Notes under the pieces: model-generated
Told to the model about the DNA's origin: nothing
The model's input: only the letters and a program-made list of their open reading frames with translations
Databases searched by the model: none
Source: Rhodocyclaceae bacterium
GTDB taxonomy: Bacteria; Pseudomonadota; Gammaproteobacteria; Burkholderiales; Rhodocyclaceae
Length of the DNA stretch: 64,000 bases
Direction of reading: 5' to 3'
Assembly (NCBI GenBank): GCA_043761745.1
Contig: JAYUNL010000175.1
Span: 13,047 to 77,046, forward strand
Made by a program: the position numbers and the translations under genes
Shown: in pieces, positions 29,797 to 41,180 of the stretch
How the letters are laid out: every line of letters begins with the position of its first letter
How positions within the stretch are numbered: the first letter of the stretch is position 1

Positions 29797-31272
29797 TCAT
29801 GCCGTAAATATGCGAATGGTCCACAGCGGGATGTAGCGCATGTCCTTGTGTGCGGCCTGGCCAAGCGCACGAATCATCTCAGCACGAACCTTGGTATCCG
29901 GCGTGCCGGCCATCTGTAGCGTCATGCCGTTAATTTCCGGATTGGAATACCAGGCGAACGGTGTCACGCGACTGAAGTGAGTCAACAAGCCGCCAGACGA
30001 CTCAGAGGTGCCGGCAATGGCGCCGATGAAGACGGCGACGTAGTCCATATCGGGGTTTTTGCTAGCCTGTAGCACCCACTTGATGAACTGCGGACCTTCG
30101 GTCGGCTTGGCCGTCGCTTTGATCCCCACCTTGTTCAGGTAGAGGGCGACCGCCTCGGCTGTTTCCTTCATGCCGGTCACCGCCCCAGAGATGTAGGGCA
30201 GATCGAACTGAAGATCGGTCACACCGGCTTCTTTCAGCAGTTGCTGAGCGCGGACGGGATCATACGGATAAGGCTTCAGATCGGGATCGTAGCCAGTATC
30301 GTTGGGCGCCAAAAAGGGATAGTGCTTGGGATAGCCGCGCAGGATGTCCTTGACGATAGCGTCATGGTCGATGGCCAGCGCGATCGCTTCACGAACACGC
30401 GGGTCGGCCCATGGCGACTTGGGATTGTCCGTCTTCAGCGCCAGGAAAACCGTCATACCGGCGGGCGACAGCGTCTTGGTCTTCAAGTTGGGCGATGACT
30501 CGATTTCGCCGACCAAGGGGAAAGGCACTTGCATGGCCATATCAGCTTCACCGGCGCGAAGCTGAGCGACACGCGTGCTGTCCTCGGTGACGAAGTTGAA
30601 GCGCGCATTCTTGACTTCAGGCTTCTTGCCCCAGTAGCCGTCGTAACGCTCCAGATCTACGTAGCGACCACGTGTAAGGGCGGTAATCTTATACGGCCCA
30701 GTGCCGATAGGCTTGGCGCGGAATTCCTGTTCACCCACTTTCTCGAAGTAGGCCTTGGACAACACGGCGAAGCCGCCGTAAGGGATAAAGCCGAGATCAG
30801 ACTTGCCGAAAGTGATGTGTACCGTATGGGCATCCACCGCTTCGAGCTTTTCCAGAGAGCGAGACACGCGGGTGCTGAAGCCCCCTTTCACCATTCGGTC
30901 CCAACTGTAGATAATATCGGCCGAGGTCATCGGCGTGCCATCGTGGAAGGTGACGTCCTTGCGCAGCTTGATGGTCAGATCCTTCGCGTCCGGCAACATG
31001 ACCCAGGATTCTGCTATGCCTGGCTTGATGCTGCCATCGAAATTGCGATCGAACAACCATTCATAAACGTTGAACACGACCGCCGAAATTTCCGAAGGCA
31101 ACACGGTTGTTGGATCGTAAGTCTCACCAACCTGGCGGATATCGACGATGAAAGGGTTATTCACACCTGCATCGGCAGCGGCGCGATTTTCGCCTTGTTT
31201 TGAACAAGCAACTAGGCACACGCCAAGAGCCAATATAAGCAATTGCGGCAAGCGCGAAGACAAGCTAAACAT
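29797..31272 (-). CDS. ABC transporter substrate-binding protein, family 5 (peptide/nickel/opine type), lipoprotein
   Basis: 491 aa; lipobox LVAC in MFSLSSRLPQLLILALGVCLVACSKQ; family-5 SBP resemblance throughout. Confidence 0.88.
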   Translation of the reverse strand: MFSLSSRLPQLLILALGVCLVACSKQGENRAAADAGVNNPFIVDIRQVGETYDPTTVLPSEISAVVFNVYEWLFDRNFDGSIKPGIAESWVMLPDAKDLTIKLRKDVTFHDGTPMTSADIIYSWDRMVKGGFSTRVSRSLEKLEAVDAHTVHITFGKSDLGFIPYGGFAVLSKAYFEKVGEQEFRAKPIGTGPYKITALTRGRYVDLERYDGYWGKKPEVKNARFNFVTEDSTRVAQLRAGEADMAMQVPFPLVGEIESSPNLKTKTLSPAGMTVFLALKTDNPKSPWADPRVREAIALAIDHDAIVKDILRGYPKHYPFLAPNDTGYDPDLKPYPYDPVRAQQLLKEAGVTDLQFDLPYISGAVTGMKETAEAVALYLNKVGIKATAKPTEGPQFIKWVLQASKNPDMDYVAVFIGAIAGTSESSGGLLTHFSRVTPFAWYSNPEINGMTLQMAGTPDTKVRAEMIRALGQAAHKDMRYIPLWTIRIFTA

Positions 31273-31363
31273 ACTCGGTACCCCTCACTAATGGATAGCA
31301 GGCAAAGCGCGGCGCCCACATAAATACCGGATACCGCGCAAGACCGACAGCCTCCTCAATTTT

Positions 31364-31387
31364 GCGATGGATTATTGGCGATGGATT
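31364..31387. promoter_or_regulatory. direct repeat GCGATGGATT x2 (14-bp register) upstream of the SBP gene
   Basis: Read directly at 31364-31373 and 31378-31387, about 90-115 nt upstream of the SBP start codon on the minus strand. Confidence 0.3.
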
Positions 31388-31557
31388 CTTCGTTCACGCG
31401 CTGACTTCGCTGCCACTCTGGGCAGTTGCGGAAAATGCGACCACGATGGCGAAATACGACAATTGGGTGTCTCCTCCGTCCCGTGGGCCGGGACCTCTAT
31501 GTGTCCGTGCCCACGTCCCCCACTCGTGTTCTACCGTTGCCGATCAGCCCAAAACAA

Positions 31558-31974
31558 TCAGGCTTTCTCGTGATCCAGTTGATGCTGGGCCATATCCAAG
31601 TAATCCTGACGCACCGGCGCGAAGATATCCACACCAAAGCAGACTTCATCGCCGAGCACGCGACCAATATGCGGCATGTTGCTCGGGATATAGACGATCC
31701 AGCCCGGCTCGAGAATATAAGTGCCCTCGCAACCGTTGTCGCCCAGCGTCACTTCAACCTTGCCGGTGATCAGCAGAATCGACTGATCCCAGGGATGCTG
31801 GTCCGGCTTCATCGGCTCCGCAGTACGGCCCGTCATTTCGCCGCTGAAGGGCTTGGCCCAGGCGAACTTCAGGATGGCGTTGTCCATGAGAACCGCCGTC
31901 TCTTCCATGAGGCCGCCGAAGCGCGATTGTCTCGGCAGTTGGCGTGCATCGACGCAATAAGCTTTCTTTGGCAT
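31558..31974 (-). CDS. cupin domain protein
   Basis: 138 aa; beta-barrel cupin-like core (HPWDQSILLITGKVEVTLGD...GWIVYIPSNMPH). Confidence 0.7.
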   Translation of the reverse strand: MPKKAYCVDARQLPRQSRFGGLMEETAVLMDNAILKFAWAKPFSGEMTGRTAEPMKPDQHPWDQSILLITGKVEVTLGDNGCEGTYILEPGWIVYIPSNMPHIGRVLGDEVCFGVDIFAPVRQDYLDMAQHQLDHEKA

Positions 31975-32011
31975 TGCTGTTTTCTCCTTCGATAAAGCGT
32001 GACTGGTTAAG

Positions 32012-34540
32012 TTAAAAATTCGCTCTCAATGTCGCACCAATAGTGCGCGGGCGATTGGTCCAGAGCGTCGGAGCCCCTGCGCTACCCACGTCCGTTTGCC
32101 GGGTCACACCGAACTTATCAGCCAGGTTGGTAACGAACATCGTGACGGAAAAATTGTCATTCAAGTCCATGCCAGCACGTAGGTTGAATTCGCCGTAGTT
32201 GCCGCTGGTGTAGGGCGGCGTCTGCGTGGCAAAGTCGGTACTAGTATTTTCCATGCGCCCAATGTAGTTCGCTTCCCCGCGCACCCAAGCCGGAAGTCCA
32301 AGCAAGTCCAGCTTATATTGCAAACCGAGAGAGGCTTGCGACTTCGGCGTTCCATCAATAGTCTGACCGGAACTGATATGCAGAACTGAATTGGCGTCCT
32401 TATATTTCGGCCGGGTGAAGGACAATGAAGAATCGAGGGTTAGGCTCTTGGTCAACCTCGCGCTCAGTTCGAACTCCGCGCCGTCAATTTTTGCATCGCC
32501 GGCGTTGATCTCTTGGACGGAGTTACAACCAGAATTGCCGCCCGCCACACCCGATAGGATGATGCCGTTTTGCACGTCCTTCCAATCGATGTGATAGACA
32601 GACGCATTCAAAGTCACACCCTCGGCAAGGGTCGTCTTGGCGCCGATTTCATAACTCCATAAGTTATCTGGCTTGGTCGGCCCCGCCCTATCGGAGCCGG
32701 CGAACCCCAAAACCGCCAGGTTCGAAGCACAACCCGTCTGACCAACGAGCGGCACCGCAGTATTAACGTTGCCAGTACGATAGCCTTCCGCAGCCGTGAA
32801 ATAAAGCATCTGACCCTTTGACGGTTTCCAGCTCACATTCACCTTAGGCAAGAATTTGTGATCATTGTGGGTAAATGCATCCGGACCGGTTCCCACAAAC
32901 AGGAAACCCACTTGATTTCCGTTCATAGTTTGTTCCTGCCAGAGCTGGCGGAAACTGAAGGCCGCATTAACGGTGGGCAGAATGTCATAGGCAACTTCAC
33001 CAAAGACAGCGGTCTGCTTGTCCACGTACTTGAAGTCCTGATTGGTCAAGACCGTCGTCGAGGGAAGGGTAGGCCAACTGCCCAAATAACGAATATTCAA
33101 CCCCGAATCATCGTGTGTCAGCGTGGTGTAATGCTGATCGATTTTCGAATAGAACAACCCGGCCAGCCAGGTCAGCGGACCGGTGCTCGGCGAGGTCAGA
33201 CGAAATTCCTGCACAAAGGTCTTGGGATTGTCTATACGGTCCACCGCAATAGGAAAGGAATCCCAGATTCCCGTAACGAAAAAGGAATGGAAGCCGATAT
33301 CGGTAGACAACTTTTGCGTGCGCTCCCACGAAGACGTCGACGAGGTCAACTTGGCAAAGCCCATATCGTAATTGAGCACCAAGTTCGCCAAAGAAATTCT
33401 ATCTGACGACCCTATCTTGGCCGCATTGGAATACTCAAATTTCTTTGGGTCCGTCGAATATGGGAAAGCCAATTGTCGAGGAGTAAGGGTGGGAATCCCT
33501 AGATTGACAACGGTGCCACCGGGCACGTAGGACATGCCCGGGTTGGGACCGGGATTATTTGGAATCGCCATGGCCCAGCCGGGCCCATCCTGGTTCTGAT
33601 GCTCTTGAGCAAGCATCAACTGCGCATCAAAAACGTTGGATGGCTTCCATGCAAAGATGATACGTCCACCGTCGATATTTACATCGTTGGACTCGCTGGT
33701 ATTTGCCGGCGCTGAATAATTCGCAATCGCGGGATTATTGTTAAGACCTTTAAGCGGAGGTAAGAAACCGGGGAAAGGCGGAGTCGGAAGTTTGCCCCCC
33801 GTCAATACGACGGGAACCGGAGCGAAGGCGGGGGGAATCGAACCAATCCTCGGCCCGCCAGCATAAACGTTCTTGTACCAGCCGGACTGCTTGGAATCAT
33901 AGCCAGTAATGCGCACGGCAAACTCTGGCGAGAATGGCAGATTCAACGTAGCCTCAACATCATAGTTACCACCCGCATTGTGGGTGTCCGATCCAGTGAT
34001 CGAAGCGGAGCCAGACACGCGATTGAAGGTAGGCTGATTGGGCACATTCTTGATCGCACCACCCAGTGAATTCGAGCCATAGAGCTGACCTTGCGGGCCG
34101 CGCAGCACCTCGATGCGATTCATGTCGACCAGTTGGAAGTTGTAGCTGCCATTGACGGAACGGCCCGTATGGATGACAGGCACATCTCCCAAATAGATCG
34201 CTGTCGTTGGAGACAAGCGCGAGGTGCCATTGCCAACGCCGCGCAACTTCACTTCGTTACCTTGCCCACCTTGGTCTGCAAACGCTGCACCTGGAACTGA
34301 TTGAAGATAGGTCTGGAAGTCAGTGATGTTGCGCTCTTCCAGCGCCTTTTCGCCGATTGCGGTGACAGACACGGGCACGTCTTGGAGGCGCTGCTCGCGT
34401 CTTTGCGCGGTAACCACCATTTCTCGAATATCAGTCTGCAACACCGGCTCGGCGGCAAACGCCAGGCTCGTGGTTACGTCGGCCGCAGCAAAAGCACCCA
34501 GAACTGCGAGAGATACCCCCGTCATCTTGATCCGCTTCAT
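32012..34540 (-). CDS. TonB-dependent outer-membrane receptor
   Basis: About 842 aa from the Met at 34540. Signal peptide and plug region (VVTAQRREQRLQDVPVSVTAI, RIEVLRGPQG). C-terminal terminal-Phe barrel ending ...TLRANF. Confidence 0.9.
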   Translation of the reverse strand: MKRIKMTGVSLAVLGAFAAADVTTSLAFAAEPVLQTDIREMVVTAQRREQRLQDVPVSVTAIGEKALEERNITDFQTYLQSVPGAAFADQGGQGNEVKLRGVGNGTSRLSPTTAIYLGDVPVIHTGRSVNGSYNFQLVDMNRIEVLRGPQGQLYGSNSLGGAIKNVPNQPTFNRVSGSASITGSDTHNAGGNYDVEATLNLPFSPEFAVRITGYDSKQSGWYKNVYAGGPRIGSIPPAFAPVPVVLTGGKLPTPPFPGFLPPLKGLNNNPAIANYSAPANTSESNDVNIDGGRIIFAWKPSNVFDAQLMLAQEHQNQDGPGWAMAIPNNPGPNPGMSYVPGGTVVNLGIPTLTPRQLAFPYSTDPKKFEYSNAAKIGSSDRISLANLVLNYDMGFAKLTSSTSSWERTQKLSTDIGFHSFFVTGIWDSFPIAVDRIDNPKTFVQEFRLTSPSTGPLTWLAGLFYSKIDQHYTTLTHDDSGLNIRYLGSWPTLPSTTVLTNQDFKYVDKQTAVFGEVAYDILPTVNAAFSFRQLWQEQTMNGNQVGFLFVGTGPDAFTHNDHKFLPKVNVSWKPSKGQMLYFTAAEGYRTGNVNTAVPLVGQTGCASNLAVLGFAGSDRAGPTKPDNLWSYEIGAKTTLAEGVTLNASVYHIDWKDVQNGIILSGVAGGNSGCNSVQEINAGDAKIDGAEFELSARLTKSLTLDSSLSFTRPKYKDANSVLHISSGQTIDGTPKSQASLGLQYKLDLLGLPAWVRGEANYIGRMENTSTDFATQTPPYTSGNYGEFNLRAGMDLNDNFSVTMFVTNLADKFGVTRQTDVGSAGAPTLWTNRPRTIGATLRANF

Positions 34541-34800
34541 GAATCGCCCCCCAAAGAATTGAGCCAAAAAAAAGACGTTTTTGTTGTTTTTTTAACGCCA
34601 GTGTCGACAGACAGCATGCGCACAGCTTTCGAAGCCTAACACGCTCGCACGGAAACTGAATATTGATATTAAGTTTGTGTCGGTAACAATTTTTTATCGC
34701 AACACCGTAAAACTATAACACCCTTTCACGCGGCCCCGTTCTGATGGGGGCAACGTCCGTCTTCCCCTTGCCAGGCGGTTGGAGGACTTCCATCTCCAAT

Positions 34801-34852
34801 TTGGTGCGCCCTGCCGTGCGCACCAAAGAAAACAGGCAACCCGCAGGTTGCC
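34801..34852 (-). terminator. tandem hairpins downstream of hppA
   Basis: GGCAACC-cgca-GGTTGCC (34835-34852) and TTGGTGCGC-N9-GCGCACCAA (34801-34827). On the minus strand the first hairpin is followed by TGTTTTCTTTGG. Confidence 0.6.
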
Positions 34853-34880
34853 CGTTATGGTGCCGCAGTCGATGCCGGGG

Positions 34881-36947
34881 TTATGCCACCAGCGGCACAA
34901 TCAGCAGCGCGACGATGTTGATGATCTTGATGAGCGGGTTAACCGCCGGGCCGGCCGTATCTTTGTACGGATCGCCCACTGTGTCGCCGGTCACCGCCGC
35001 TTTGTGGGCTTCGGAGCCTTTGCCACCGAAGTGGCCATCTTCGATGTACTTCTTGGCGTTATCCCAAGCGCCGCCGCCGGTCGTCATCGAAATGGCGACG
35101 AAGAGACCGGTGACGATGGTGCCAACCAGCACACCGCCCAGGGCCTGTGGACCAAGCGCAACCCCGACCACCACCGGTACCAGCACCGGCAATAGCGAGG
35201 GGATCATCATTTCCTTGATGGCGGCTTTGGTCAGCATGTCGACCGCCCGCGAATAATCGGGCTTGGCCGTGCCTTCCATGATGCCGGGGATTTCCTTGAA
35301 CTGGCGGCGCACTTCCACCACCACCGAGCCGGCGGCCCGGCCCACCGCTTCCATCGCCATAGCGCCGAAGAGGTAGGGAATCAGGCCGCCAATGAAGAGG
35401 CCGATGATGACCAGATGGTTAGACAAGTCGAAGGTCAGCACCCGACCGGCGGACTCCAGGGCGTGAGTGTAGTCGGCAAATAGCACCAGCGCCGCCAGCG
35501 CGGCAGAGCCGATGGCGTAGCCCTTGGTGACGGCCTTGGTGGTGTTGCCGACGGCGTCCAGCGGGTCGGTGACTGCGCGTACCGAGGCCGGCAGCTCCGA
35601 CATTTCAGCGATGCCACCAGCATTGTCGGTAATCGGGCCATAGGCGTCGAGAGCGACGATGATCCCCGCCATCGACAACATCGAGACCGCCGCGATGGCG
35701 ATGCCGTATAGGCCACCCAGCCAGTAGGCCGCCCAGATCGCCACGCAGATCGACAGCACCGGCCAGGCGGTGGCGCGCATGGAAACGCCTAGACCGGCGA
35801 TGATGTTGGTGCCGTGGCCGGTGGTTGATGCTTCCGCGATGTGCTGCACCGGCTTGAAATCGGTGCCCGTGTAGTACTCGGTGATGAAAACCATCAGGCC
35901 GGTCAATACCAAGCCGATCACCGCTGCGCCATAGAGACGCATCTGCGCACCGCCATTGATGCCCATAACGGCATTGAGCGCATCGTCAGGCATGAACCAC
36001 ATGGTGATCGGATAGAAAGCGATCAGCGCCAGCACGCCGGCAACGAAGAGACCGCGATAGAGTGCGTTCATGATCTTGCCGCCCTCACGCGCCTTGACGA
36101 AAAACACGCCGACGATCGAGGCAATGATGGAGAAACCACCCAACACCAACGGGTAAATTACTGCCGCCTCGGCGTTAGCCTTCAGCATCAGGGCGCCCAG
36201 CAGCATGGTCGCTACGATAGTCACGGCGTAGGTCTCGAACAGATCGGCCGCCATGCCGGCGCAGTCGCCGACGTTGTCGCCGACGTTGTCGGCGATCACC
36301 GCCGGATTGCGCGGGTCATCTTCAGGAATTCCCGCTTCGACTTTGCCCACCAGATCCGCGCCGACGTCCGCACCCTTGGTGAAGATGCCGCCGCCCAAAC
36401 GAGCGAAAATGGAGATCAGCGAGGAGCCGAAGCCCAGGCCGACCAGCGGATGGATAATGTGATCGATGCTCTCTCCAGGCGCTGCGACGCTCCTGAGATA
36501 AGCGTAATAACCGGCAACGCCAAGCAAGCCGAGGCCGACTACCAGCATACCGGTGATGGCACCGCCCTTGAAGGCGACATCCAGCGCCGGGCCGATGCCA
36601 TGGCGCGCCGCCTCGGCGGTGCGCACGTTGGCGCGCACGGAGACGTTCATGCCAATATAACCGGCTGCCCCAGACAGAACTGCGCCGATCAGGAATCCGA
36701 TCGCGGTACTCCATCCCAGCAACGGCACGAAACCGATGATGAGAAACAGCACAATACCGACGACGCCGATGGTGGTGTATTGACGGTTAAGATAGGCTTG
36801 AGCGCCTTCCTGAATCGCCCCGGCGATCTCGCGCATGCGGTCATTGCCCGCAGGTTGCGCGAGTATCCATTTGCTCGATATTGCCCCGTACACTATTGCA
36901 AGCACGGCGCAAACGAGCGCAAACATCAGACCTGCTTGAGCTGACAT
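34881..36947 (-). CDS. hppA: membrane-bound H+-translocating pyrophosphatase, K+-independent type
   Basis: 688 aa; [19 protein letters not shown] and GNTTKA motifs. The Lys in GNTTKA marks K+-independent enzymes. Confidence 0.95.
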   Translation of the reverse strand: MSAQAGLMFALVCAVLAIVYGAISSKWILAQPAGNDRMREIAGAIQEGAQAYLNRQYTTIGVVGIVLFLIIGFVPLLGWSTAIGFLIGAVLSGAAGYIGMNVSVRANVRTAEAARHGIGPALDVAFKGGAITGMLVVGLGLLGVAGYYAYLRSVAAPGESIDHIIHPLVGLGFGSSLISIFARLGGGIFTKGADVGADLVGKVEAGIPEDDPRNPAVIADNVGDNVGDCAGMAADLFETYAVTIVATMLLGALMLKANAEAAVIYPLVLGGFSIIASIVGVFFVKAREGGKIMNALYRGLFVAGVLALIAFYPITMWFMPDDALNAVMGINGGAQMRLYGAAVIGLVLTGLMVFITEYYTGTDFKPVQHIAEASTTGHGTNIIAGLGVSMRATAWPVLSICVAIWAAYWLGGLYGIAIAAVSMLSMAGIIVALDAYGPITDNAGGIAEMSELPASVRAVTDPLDAVGNTTKAVTKGYAIGSAALAALVLFADYTHALESAGRVLTFDLSNHLVIIGLFIGGLIPYLFGAMAMEAVGRAAGSVVVEVRRQFKEIPGIMEGTAKPDYSRAVDMLTKAAIKEMMIPSLLPVLVPVVVGVALGPQALGGVLVGTIVTGLFVAISMTTGGGAWDNAKKYIEDGHFGGKGSEAHKAAVTGDTVGDPYKDTAGPAVNPLIKIINIVALLIVPLVA

Positions 36948-37086
36948 GAACTCACTCCTGTAACGATAAATTTCTGACGGCTTACGCCATCCCCAACTAC
37001 CAGCCGATGTGGACTTCGTTGATGAGCGCCGCGGCTTTTATTGCGCATCGGAACGGGTGTCCGCTCCGATGCGCATCCGGCTACTC

Positions 37087-38349
37087 TCAGACTTTGAACT
37101 CCCCCAACTTCTTTTTCACGGCGACATTTTTGAGTCGCACATATTGCGGCAAACCGTTCCGGTAAGGCGGGTAATCCTCGCCCTGTATCAGCGGCGACAA
37201 GTACTGCCGACACTTCTCGGTGACGCCAAAGCCGTCCGCGCTAATGAAATTGCGCGGCATGAATTTTTCCTTGTTCGCCACCTGCTTCAACTCGGCGATT
37301 TCGATTTTCCACTTGTAAGGCTTGTTCGACACGCGCTTGATGGCCGGCATCACGGAGTTGCGGCCTTGCAGCGCCACTTCCACCGCCGCCTTGCCCGTAG
37401 CATAGGCTTGCGCGACATCAGTCTTCGAGGCGATATGACGCGCCGAACGCTGCATGTAGTCCGCCACCGCCCAGTGATACTTCAGATTCAGTTCGTTCTT
37501 GATGATGCCAGCGATCACCGGCGCCACGCCACCCAATTGGGCATGCCCGAAAGCGTCACGCAAGCCCTGGTCGGAGAGGAACTTGCCATCCGGGCCTTTC
37601 ACGCCCTCGGAAACCACGACGGTGCAGTAACCGAACTTCTTCACGGCAGCGCTCACCTTGGCGATGAATTTCGCCTGATTGAAGGCGATTTCCGGAAACA
37701 GAATAACGATGGGCAGTTCCAGTTCCTTGCTGGAGGCCAGCGCGCCAGCAGCGGCTATCCAGCCAGCATGACGGCCCATGACTTCCAGCACGAAGACCTT
37801 GGTTGAGGTCTTGGCCATACTCTCGACATCGAGTGTGGCCTCGCGCGTGGACACGGCAACATATTTCGCCACCGAGCCGAAGCCGGGACAGTTGTCGGTG
37901 ATGGGCAGATCGTTGTCGACCGTCTTGGGAACGTGCACCGCGATGATGGGATAGCCCATCGTCTCTGAAAGCTGCGAGACTTTCAGGCAGGTATCGGCGG
38001 AATCGCCGCCCCCGTTATAAAAGAAATAGCCGATGTTGTGGGCGCGGAAGACTTCGATCAGTCGCTCGTATTGCAGCTTGTTTTCTTCCAGCCCCTTGAG
38101 TTTGTAACGGCAAGAACCGAAGGCGCCGGCCGGCGTGTGGCGCAAGGCGGCGATGGACTTGGCCGATTCTTTGCTGGTATCGATGAGGTCTTCGCTCAGC
38201 GCACCGATGATGCCATTGCGGCCGGCGTAGACCTTGCCGATCTTATCCTTGTGCTTGCGCGCGGTTTCGATCACGCCGCAAGCCGACGCGTTGATGACCG
38301 CAGTCACCCCGCCGGACTGTGCATACAAGGCATTTCTCATCTTCATCAT
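37087..38349 (-). CDS. phosphofructokinase family A, probably pyrophosphate-dependent (PPi-PFK)
   Basis: 420 aa from the Met at 38349. PFK motifs GGGDS, PKTVDNDL and EVMGRHAGW. The PPi assignment is inferred from length class and hppA adjacency. The track start at 38499 would overlap adk. Confidence 0.8.
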   Translation of the reverse strand: MMKMRNALYAQSGGVTAVINASACGVIETARKHKDKIGKVYAGRNGIIGALSEDLIDTSKESAKSIAALRHTPAGAFGSCRYKLKGLEENKLQYERLIEVFRAHNIGYFFYNGGGDSADTCLKVSQLSETMGYPIIAVHVPKTVDNDLPITDNCPGFGSVAKYVAVSTREATLDVESMAKTSTKVFVLEVMGRHAGWIAAAGALASSKELELPIVILFPEIAFNQAKFIAKVSAAVKKFGYCTVVVSEGVKGPDGKFLSDQGLRDAFGHAQLGGVAPVIAGIIKNELNLKYHWAVADYMQRSARHIASKTDVAQAYATGKAAVEVALQGRNSVMPAIKRVSNKPYKWKIEIAELKQVANKEKFMPRNFISADGFGVTEKCRQYLSPLIQGEDYPPYRNGLPQYVRLKNVAVKKKLGEFKV

Positions 38350-38393
38350 CCGCAAAATTATAGCATTGCCCCAGAGGTGTTTCGGGCGCCCAC

Positions 38394-39870
<1,477 letters not shown>

Positions 39871-39891
39871 GCTGGCCCCCGCGCTGAGGCT

Positions 39892-40074
39892 TTAGCCGGC
39901 CGCCTCTTCCTGGCTCAACTGGCGCGCCTCTTCCTCAAGCATCACAGGGATGTCGTCCCGCACGGGGAAAGCCAGTCGGCAAGGCTTGCAGACGAGTTCC
40001 TGCTTAGGCTTGCGATAGTCGAGCGGCCCTTTGCAAACCGGGCACACGAGAATTTCTAGCAGTCTGGCATCCAT
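39892..40074 (-). CDS. Trm112 family protein
   Basis: 60 aa; [14 protein letters not shown] ... DDIPVML is typical of the Trm112/YcaR family. Confidence 0.85.
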   Translation of the reverse strand: MDARLLEILVCPVCKGPLDYRKPKQELVCKPCRLAFPVRDDIPVMLEEEARQLSQEEAAG

Positions 40075-40099
40075 AGGGCTGATCCGTCAGTGAGTGGCG

Positions 40100-41107
40100 T
40101 TAGCGACGCGATTGATGGAGCTGTTCCAATATCCAATGCGCGAGATCCGCATCAAGCTGCGCGTCCACCGGCAACACCCAGCTTTCCGCTGGGGCGAAAG
40201 CGCTGCATTTTACCGCATCTTTCTCTGTCATCAGCAGGGTATCCGCACCGACGAAACGCAGATCGGCGGCCTGATAAGCGTGGTGGTCGGGAAAAACGTG
40301 GGGGATAAAGCGCAGCCCCAGACTTTCCAGATGCCGAAAAAACCGCGACGGATTGCCTATGCCGGCCATGGCATGCAGTGGCTTGTCCTGCAATTCAGTC
40401 GCGCCGCAACTGCGCTCTGGATCGCCCAACTGAAAGAAGCGTTCGCCACGCAGTGTCATGCGAAACAACTTGCGCGACGCAGCAGACGGTGCCTCTCCGC
40501 TGCCATTCATCACGACCGCATCCACCGTTGCCAGACGACGGCCGCTTTCGCGTAATGGCCCGGCGGGCAGCAACCAACCGTTGCCGACACCGCGCTTGTC
40601 CACCACCGCAATCTCAATTTCCCGAGCCAGGCGGTAATGCTGTAGCCCATCGTCGGAGATGATGACGTCGCATTCTGGATGTGCCGCGAGCAAAGCCTCA
40701 GCCGCCGCAACACGGTCGCGCCCTATGAATACCGGACAGCCGGCACGGCGCGCCAGCAACAGCGGCTCGTCCCCAACTTCCATTGCGCCGCTATTTTTCT
40801 GCACCGCCTGCACGCCACGCACGGTGCCGCCGTAGCCTCTACTGACGATGCCCGGATGGCGGCCGCAACGCGCCAGTTGCTGGGCGAGATGCAATACCAA
40901 GGGCGTCTTGCCGCTACCGCCTGCGGTGATGTTGCCAATGACAATGACCGGCACCGGCAAATGTACCGTTTGCAATATACCGAGGCGGTATAACCCACGA
41001 CGTAGTGCGGCCAGCAGCGCGAAAAGCGCCGCGAGCGGGAGCAGCAACCAAGCCAAGGGGCCGCGCCGCTGCCAAGCCGACGACAGAGTATTGCGCACGC
41101 TCATCAA
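40100..41107 (-). CDS. lpxK: tetraacyldisaccharide 4'-kinase
   Basis: 335 aa; P-loop GNITAGGSGKTP. Confidence 0.9.
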   Translation of the reverse strand: MMSVRNTLSSAWQRRGPLAWLLLPLAALFALLAALRRGLYRLGILQTVHLPVPVIVIGNITAGGSGKTPLVLHLAQQLARCGRHPGIVSRGYGGTVRGVQAVQKNSGAMEVGDEPLLLARRAGCPVFIGRDRVAAAEALLAAHPECDVIISDDGLQHYRLAREIEIAVVDKRGVGNGWLLPAGPLRESGRRLATVDAVVMNGSGEAPSAASRKLFRMTLRGERFFQLGDPERSCGATELQDKPLHAMAGIGNPSRFFRHLESLGLRFIPHVFPDHHAYQAADLRFVGADTLLMTEKDAVKCSAFAPAESWVLPVDAQLDADLAHWILEQLHQSRR

Positions 41108-41180
41108 AATAGCGGTTTAGGAAACGCTGTAGTAGGCCACAAAGCGCTTGGCCAAGGGAAAGCGTGATGCGCAACTGCGC

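Noticed and set aside
34660-34670. Fur-box-like ATATTGATATT upstream of the TonB-dependent receptor gene.
   Set aside because: My hand alignment to GATAATGATAATCATTATC matches only about 12 of 19 positions. That is too weak to call an iron-regulated promoter without a matrix scan.
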